In this document: positions 6,931 to 14,499 of the stretch, piece after piece
How positions within the stretch are numbered: the stretch's first letter is position 1
How the letters are laid out: each line of letters begins with the position of its first letter
From: Candidatus Eiseniibacteriota bacterium
GTDB lineage: Bacteria > Eisenbacteria > RBG-16-71-46 > DASYSL01
Assembly: GCA_031431875.1 (NCBI GenBank)
Contig: JANPEF010000087.1
Span: 1 to 14,499, forward strand
DNA length: 14,499 nucleotides
Direction: 5' to 3'
Notes under the pieces: generated by a model
The model's input: only the letters and a program-made list of their open reading frames with translations
Told to the model about the DNA's origin: nothing
Databases searched by the model: none
Program-made: the position numbers and the translations under genes

Positions 6931-8643
6931 GTGCTCACCGAGCTCCACGTCACCTCGCTCGCCGTCGTCGATCAGGCCCGCCTCGAGCCGGGACCGGGCT
7001 TCGTCGCGTGGACCGGCGAGACCGGCGCCGGCAAGTCGCTGCTCGTCGGCGCGATCGGGCTGCTCGTCGGCGAGCGCGCCGACCTGGACGCGATCCGCAC
7101 CGGCGAGGCATTCGCCCGCGTCGAGGGCCGCTTCCTGCTCGATCCCGGCACGGCGCGCACTGCGGTCGAGGCGCTGCTGCACGAGTGGGGCGCTCCGATC
7201 GACGACGGCGAGGTGCTGGTGCGCCGCGAGATCGTGCGCGAGGGCCGCGGCCGCGCGTGGGTGAACCAGACGCCCGTCACGCTCGCGGCATTGCGCGCTC
7301 TCGGCGCCCACCTGATCGAAGTCCACGGCCAGCACGAGCACCAGGCGCTGCTCCATCCCGACGCCCAGCGCGACGTGCTCGATCGCCTGGGGGGCGCCGA
7401 GTCGTCGCACGCGCGCACCGCAGTCGCGACCGCACATGCCGAGTGGCGCAGTGCCGCCGATGCGCGCACCGCGTTCGAGGACGAGGAGCGCGCCGCGCAG
7501 GAGAACGCCGACGCGTGGCGGTACGCGCACGAGGAACTGGCCCGCGCCGCGCTCGCCCCCGGCGAGACCGAACAACTGGCCGCGCAGCTGGCGCGCCTGC
7601 GCCACTCGGGCCGGCTGGTGACCCTCCTGTCGCGCGCCCGCGCCGCGCTCGACGGCTCCGACAGCTCCGACGCCGAGCCCGGAACGGGCGATGGCGGCGC
7701 GGTTCACGGAGCCGCAGCCGCAGAACACTTGTTGCGCGAGGCCGCCGCATTCGACCCCGCGCTCGGAGCACTCGCCGACGAGTGCGCGGCCGCGACGACC
7801 GCGCTCGCCGAGGTCGCCCGCGCGCTCGAGGAGTCCGCCATGGCCGACGACCTGGCGCCCGCCGAGGCCGAGGCCGCCGAGGAGCGCCACGCCTTGCTCG
7901 AGCGCCTGGCCCGCAAGTACCGCCGTGACGAGGCGGGGCTGATCGCCTGGCGCGACGACCTGGCCGAGCGGCTTGCCCGGCTCGCGGACAAGGACGCCGA
8001 GCGGGCGCGCCTGGCCGCGGCCGAGGCGACCGCCTGCACGGCACTCACGAAGGCCGCCCGCACGCTCACGGCGCGCCGTGCCAAGGCCGCCCCGCAGCTC
8101 GAGGCGGCAATCTCGCCCGAGCTGACCGCGGTCGGGCTGGCCCGCGCGGCGCTGTCGGTGCGGCTCACGCCGCTGCCCGAGCCCGGAGCACATGGCGCCG
8201 AGCGGGTCGAGTTCGCGTTCGCACCGAATGCAGGGGAGGAGCCGCGCCCGCTGGCCCGGATTGCCTCGGGGGGCGAGCTGTCGCGCGTCATGCTGGCCCT
8301 GCGCACGCTCGCCGTGGGCGAGGACGGCGTTGCCGCTCTGTTGTTCGATGAAGTAGACTCCGGCATCGGTGGCGCGGTTGCCCGCGCCGTCGGCGAGCGG
8401 CTCGGCCGGCTCGGCCGCGTCCGCCAGGTCCTGTGCGTCACGCACCTCCCGGTCATCGCCTGCCAGGCCGATCGGCAGTTCCGCATCACGAAGCTCGAGC
8501 AGGGTGGGCGCACGCGGGCCGTCGTCGAGCGCGTCGAGGGCGAGGAGCGGATCGGCGAGCTGGCGCGGATGCTGGCCGGCGACGCCGCCACCGAGACGAC
8601 TCGCCGCCAGGCACGCGAGCTGCTCCGCCTTCCGCGCGCCTGA
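6931..8643 (+). CDS. recN: DNA repair protein RecN, SMC-like ATPase (570 aa)
   Basis: Walker A TGETGAGKS, Q-loop HGQHEHQ, Ala/Glu/Arg-rich coiled coil, signature ASGGELSR, Walker B LLFDEVDSGIGG, VTHLP and ELARML. GTG start at 6931. Confidence 0.96.
   Translation: MLTELHVTSLAVVDQARLEPGPGFVAWTGETGAGKSLLVGAIGLLVGERADLDAIRTGEAFARVEGRFLLDPGTARTAVEALLHEWGAPIDDGEVLVRREIVREGRGRAWVNQTPVTLAALRALGAHLIEVHGQHEHQALLHPDAQRDVLDRLGGAESSHARTAVATAHAEWRSAADARTAFEDEERAAQENADAWRYAHEELARAALAPGETEQLAAQLARLRHSGRLVTLLSRARAALDGSDSSDAEPGTGDGGAVHGAAAAEHLLREAAAFDPALGALADECAAATTALAEVARALEESAMADDLAPAEAEAAEERHALLERLARKYRRDEAGLIAWRDDLAERLARLADKDAERARLAAAEATACTALTKAARTLTARRAKAAPQLEAAISPELTAVGLARAALSVRLTPLPEPGAHGAERVEFAFAPNAGEEPRPLARIASGGELSRVMLALRTLAVGEDGVAALLFDEVDSGIGGAVARAVGERLGRLGRVRQVLCVTHLPVIACQADRQFRITKLEQGGRTRAVVERVEGEERIGELARMLAGDAATETTRRQARELLRLPRA
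8330..8359 (+). promoter_or_regulatory. Candidate internal sigma70-type promoter TTGCCG-N18-TAGACT within recN, ~300 nt upstream of trpE
   Basis: -35-like TTGCCG (8330-8335) and -10-like TAGACT (8354-8359), in a run of codons atypical for this window (GTT GCC GCT CTG TTG TTC GAT GAA GTA GAC). Inference only. Confidence 0.4.
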
Positions 8644-8661
8644 CGTCCACGACGAGGATCC

Positions 8662-10151
8662 ATGGTCCACCCGACGCGGGAAGAGTTCGAGCGCCTCGGC
8701 CGCACGGGCCTCTCCGTGCCCATCTACCGGACGATCTTCGCCGACTTCGACACGCCGGTCTCGGCCTTCGCCAAGATTGACGACGGGCGCTCCTCGTTCC
8801 TGCTCGAATCGGTCGAGGGCGGCGAGACCTGGGGACGCTACTCGTTCCTCGGCTCCCGGCCCGCGGCCGTCTTCCGCGCCCACCACGGCACGTGCACGCT
8901 CGAGGTCGACGGCAAGGTCACGACGCTCGAGGGGCCCGATCCGTTCGCCACGCTCGATCGCCTGCTCGCCGAGCGCCGCGCCGTCGACGTGCCGGGCCTG
9001 CCGCGCTTCGCGGGCGGGGCCGTCGGGTTCTTCGCCTACGACGTCGTCCGCCACCTCGAGAACCTGCCCGCCACACTGCCCGACGACCTCGACGTGCCCG
9101 ACGCGGTGTTCCACTTCACCGACGTCCTCGTCATCTTCGACGCCCACGAGCACACCATGAAGGTGGTCGCCCACGCGCGCCCCGGCGACGATCCGCAAGC
9201 GGCCTACGACACCGCGCTGGGCAAGATCGACGCCGAGATCGCGCGCCTGATATCGCCGACCGCGCGGCCCGCCGCGCGGTCGGCCACCGCGTCCGCCGGT
9301 CGCGGACTCACCGGGCTCACCGGCACGATGGAGCCCGAAGCATTCACCGCGGCGGTCGAGAAGGCGAAGGAGTACATCAGAGCCGGCGACATCTTCCAGG
9401 TCGTCCTGGCGCATCGCCTCTCCGCGCCGGTCGAGTCGTCCGCGTTCGACGCCTACCGCGCGCTCCGTGTGGTCAACCCGTCGCCCTACATGTACTTCCT
9501 GCGTCTCGGCGCGCACGCGGTGGTCGGCAGCTCGCCCGAGGTCCTGGTGCGCCGCACCGGCACGCGCATCGAGGTGCGACCCATCGCCGGCACGCGGCCG
9601 CGCGGCGCGACGCCCGACGAGGATCGCGCGCTCGAGACCGAGCTGCGCCACGACGAGAAGGAGCGCGCCGAGCACGTCATGCTCGTCGACCTGGGCCGCA
9701 ACGACGTGGGCCGCGTGGCGCGCTACGGCACGGTGCAGACCACCGAGTTGATGGGCGTCGAACGCTACTCGCAGGTCATGCACCTGGTGTCGCACGTCGA
9801 GGGTGCGCTCGCCCCCGAGACGAAGTCGGTGGACGTGGTGAAGGCCTGCTTCCCGGCGGGCACGGTGAGCGGCGCGCCGAAGATCCGCGCCATGGAGATC
9901 ATCGAGGAGCTCGAGGTCCATCGCCGCGGGCTCTACGCGGGCGCCGTCGGCTACTTCGACCTGCACGGCAACGCCGACCTGTGCATCGCCATCCGCACGC
10001 TGCTCTACCACGCGGGCCGCGCCCACCTGGGCATCGGCGCCGGCATCGTCGCCGACTCGGATCCGGCGAAGGAGTACGAGGAGACGCTGCACAAGGGCCG
10101 CGCCCTCCTCACCGCGCTCGAGCGCGCGGAGACGGGACTGGAGGTGCGGCC

Positions 10152-10155
<4 letters not shown>
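8662..10155 (+). CDS. trpE: Anthranilate synthase component I (497 aa)
   Basis: FLLESVEGG..GRYSF, AGDIFQVV, NPSPYM, GSSPE, PIAGTRPRG (TrpE-type, not the PabB PIKGT), EHVMLVDLGRND and PAGTVSGAPKIRAM. SD GAGGA at 8654-8658. Confidence 0.97.
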
Positions 10156-10741
<586 letters not shown>

Positions 10742-10745
<4 letters not shown>

Positions 10746-11770
10746 GCGCGATGCGCGAGGCGCTGGCCCGCGTCGTCGTTGGCGGTTCGCTGAGCGAGGA
10801 CGAGGCCGCGGGCGTGATGCGCGCGATCCTCGCGGGCGAGGCCACCGCCGCCCAGATCGGCGCGCTCGCCATGGGCCTGCGCATGAAGGGCGAGACGGCG
10901 GACGAGGTTACCGGCATGGCGCGCGCCATGCGCCAGGCCGCGCTGCCGTTCCCGAAGGTGACCCGTCCGCTGATCGACACCTGCGGCACGGGCGGCGACG
11001 GCGGCGGCACGTTCAACGTCTCGACCGCGGTCGCGTTCGTCGTCGCCGCAGCCGGCGGCCGGGTCGCCAAGCATGGCAACCGCGCGGTCTCCTCGCGCAC
11101 CGGCAGCGCCGACGTGCTCGAGGCGCTGGGCGCCTCGGTCGACCTCACGCCCGACGAGGCGGCGCGCATGATCGAGACGGTCGGCGTCGCGTTCCTGTTC
11201 GCGCCGGCGTACCACTGGACCTTCAAGCACGCGGCCGAGCCACGCCGCGACCTCGGTGTGCGCACGGTGTTCAACGTGCTGGGCCCGATCTGCAACCCGG
11301 CGGGGGCGGAGCGCCAACTCGTCGGCGTGTACGACGAGGCGTGGGTACCGCGCCTCGCCCAGGTCCTCCTGCGCCTCGGCGCCGAGGCCGCATGGGTCGT
11401 CCACTCCGAGGACGGCCTCGACGAGCTGTCGGTGTTCGCGACCAATCGCGTGGCCCGCCTCGAGGGAGGCCGCGTGATCGAGGAGCGGGTCGACCCGAAG
11501 GACTTCGGCCTCGCGCATGACGAGAAGGAACGCCCGCACGTCCACGGCGGCGAGGCGGCAAAGAACCTCGAACTGTTGACCGGCGCGATCGCCGGCACCG
11601 CCGGTGCGGCGACCGACATCGTGATCCTGAACGCCGGGGCCGCACTCGCCGTCGGGGGTCTCGCCCCGGACCTCGCCGCCGGCGTCGCGCTCGCACGCAC
11701 GACGATCGCCGAGGGCCGCGCGAGGGCGAAGCTCGACCAGTTCGCGCAGGCCGCGCGCCGGCGCTCGTAG
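10742..11770 (+). CDS. trpD: Anthranilate phosphoribosyltransferase (342 aa; alternative start ATG 10751)
   Basis: LRMKGET, DTCGTGGDG..TFNVST, KHGNRAVSSRTGSADVLEALG, RTVFNVLGP, DGLDE and LNAGAAL. Confidence 0.97.
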
Positions 11771-11779
11771 GGGCGCCCG

Positions 11780-12586
11780 GTGCCCGCCGACATTCTCGCG
11801 ACGATTGCCGAGCGCCGCCGCACGCGCATCGCCGAGCGACGCGCGCTGTTCCCCGACGGGCTGCCGCCTCGCCCGCCGCAGTTTCCGCCGCCGCGGGCGG
11901 GCGCCTTCCGCGCCGCGCTGCGCCGCCCGACGCCCTCGGCACCGCTGCGATTACTCTGCGAACTCAAGCGAGCTTCGCCCTCCAAGGGATTGCTGCGGGC
12001 CGACTTCGACATCCCGACACTGGCCCGCGCCTGTGCCGCCGGCGGGGCGACGGCGCTGTCTGTCCTGACCGAGCCCGACTGGTTCCAGGGCGCCCCCGAG
12101 TACCTGACCGCCGCGCGGCAGGCCTCGGGCCTGCCCTGCCTGATGAAGGACTTCATCGTCGACCCGTGGCAGCTCGATGAGGCGGTGAGCCTCGGGGCCG
12201 ACGCGGTCCTGCTCATCGTCGCCCTGCTGCCGCTCGAGCGCCTCGCCTCGCTCATCCGCACGGCGCACACCCGCGGGCTCGACGCGCTCGTCGAGGTGCA
12301 CACCGAGGACGAGCTCGACGTCGCGCTGGGCGCGGAAGCGCGCCTGATCGGCGTCAACAATCGCGACCTGTCGACGTTCGTCGTCGACCCGTCGGTCACC
12401 TTGCGCCTCAAGCCGCGCATCCCTGGAGACGTCGTCGTCGTGGCCGAGAGCGGCATCGCCACTCCCGACGACGTGCGCGCCCTGGCCGCGGCAGGCATCG
12501 ACGCCGCCCTGATCGGCGAGGCGTTCATGCGCGAGGCGGATGTCGCCGCGGCCGTGGGGCGCTTCGCCGCCGCGGCCGCGCCGTGA
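11780..12586 (+). CDS. trpC: Indole-3-glycerol phosphate synthase (268 aa)
   Basis: ELKRASPSKG, SVLTE..FQG, KDFIVD..Q, GADAVLLIV, LVEVH, GVNNRDL, AESGI and LIGE. Confidence 0.96.
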   Translation: MPADILATIAERRRTRIAERRALFPDGLPPRPPQFPPPRAGAFRAALRRPTPSAPLRLLCELKRASPSKGLLRADFDIPTLARACAAGGATALSVLTEPDWFQGAPEYLTAARQASGLPCLMKDFIVDPWQLDEAVSLGADAVLLIVALLPLERLASLIRTAHTRGLDALVEVHTEDELDVALGAEARLIGVNNRDLSTFVVDPSVTLRLKPRIPGDVVVVAESGIATPDDVRALAAAGIDAALIGEAFMREADVAAAVGRFAAAAAP

Positions 12587-13276
12587 GCTCGGGTGCGGCG
12601 ACGGCGGTCAAGATCTGCGGGATCACCAACCGCGACGATGGGCTCGTGGCCCTCGAGGCCGGCGCCGATGCGCTCGGCATCGTGCTCGCCGAACGCTCGT
12701 CGCGCGCCGTCGCGCCGTGGGATGCGGCCGCCCTCGTGGCCGCACTGCGCGCGGCCGCCGGCGCGCGAGCGTTCCTCGCCGTGGCTGTGATCGAGCGGCT
12801 CGACGTGGCCGACGCGCGCCATGCGATCGAGGCGCTCGGCTTCGACCGCGTGCAGATCCACCCCGGCGGCGACACGGACGCGACGGCGCTCCGTGCCGCG
12901 CTCGAGGCGTTCGACGCCGCGGGCGCGCCCGCCTGCGGCCCGGGCCCGGCGACCAGCCGCGCCTGGGGCGCGCTGCGCGTGCGCGACGCGTCGAGCCTCG
13001 ATGGCGCGGCGACGCTGCCCTGCGAGGCCGTCCTGCTCGACACCTGGGCGGCCGACGTGGCCGGCGGCACGGGCCGCACGTTCGACTGGGGGCTGGCCGC
13101 GCCGCTGGCGCGCGAGCGGCGCGTCGTGCTGGCGGGCGGACTCACCCCCGCCAACGTGGGCGAGGCGATCGCGCGGGTGCGCCCGTGGATGGTCGACGTG
13201 TCGAGCGGGGTCGAAGCCGAGCCCCGACGCAAGGACCCGGCGCGCATTCGCGCCTTCATCGAGGCGGTGCGAGCCC

Positions 13277-13284
<8 letters not shown>
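12583..13284 (+). CDS. trpF: Phosphoribosylanthranilate isomerase (233 aa)
   Basis: [43 protein letters not shown] and KD. GTGA overlap with trpC. Confidence 0.94.

Positions 13285-14499
<1,215 letters not shown>

Noticed and set aside
6750..6931. SOS/LexA box upstream of recN
   Set aside because: No CTGT-N8-ACAG or GAAC-N4-GTTC match seen, and the gap is only 4 nt. A lineage-specific box cannot be excluded.
8369..8661. Possible Trp leader peptide in alternative frames of the recN 3' end (WRGCW in the 8369 ORF)
   Set aside because: The ORF is 263 aa, runs far into trpE, lacks tandem Trp codons and has no attenuator hairpin with U-tract.
9307..9323. Short direct repeat CTCACCGG x2 in the trpE linker
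   Set aside because: A trivial repeat encoding GLTGLTG in a variable linker; not CRISPR- or IS-related.
6874..10092. 1072 aa minus-strand ORF spanning recN and trpE
   Set aside because: It is the codon-aligned antisense shadow of two genes in the same frame. G/C-biased codon use suppresses antisense stops, and no domain motifs are recognisable.

Overview
This is a very GC-rich bacterial housekeeping region, almost fully coding on the + strand. It holds 14 co-directional, tightly packed genes: folD-xseA-xseB-ispA-[DUF212/divergent PAP2]-dxs-nadK-recN, followed directly by trpE-trpG-trpD-trpC-trpF-trpB. trpB runs off the right edge and is missing from the supplied ORF track. No junction gap exceeds 18 nt, and most junctions overlap (ATGA, GTGA, TGATG). 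I see no RNA gene, mobile element, CRISPR array, terminator or clearly novel multi-gene system. The points most worth a second look are: (i) the trp operon is attached to recN with no room for a leader or attenuator; (ii) candidate sigma70-type promoters sit inside coding sequence (recN Walker B codons, ispA 3' end), marked by clusters of A/T-ending codons; (iii) an uncharacterised DUF212 membrane protein lies between ispA and dxs; (iv) XseA and XseB carry terminal extensions; (v) tlyA and argR are absent from the cluster. The first ~90 nt are a C-rich low-complexity tract, probably a sequencing or assembly artefact. All calls come from motif recognition by eye; no searches were run.
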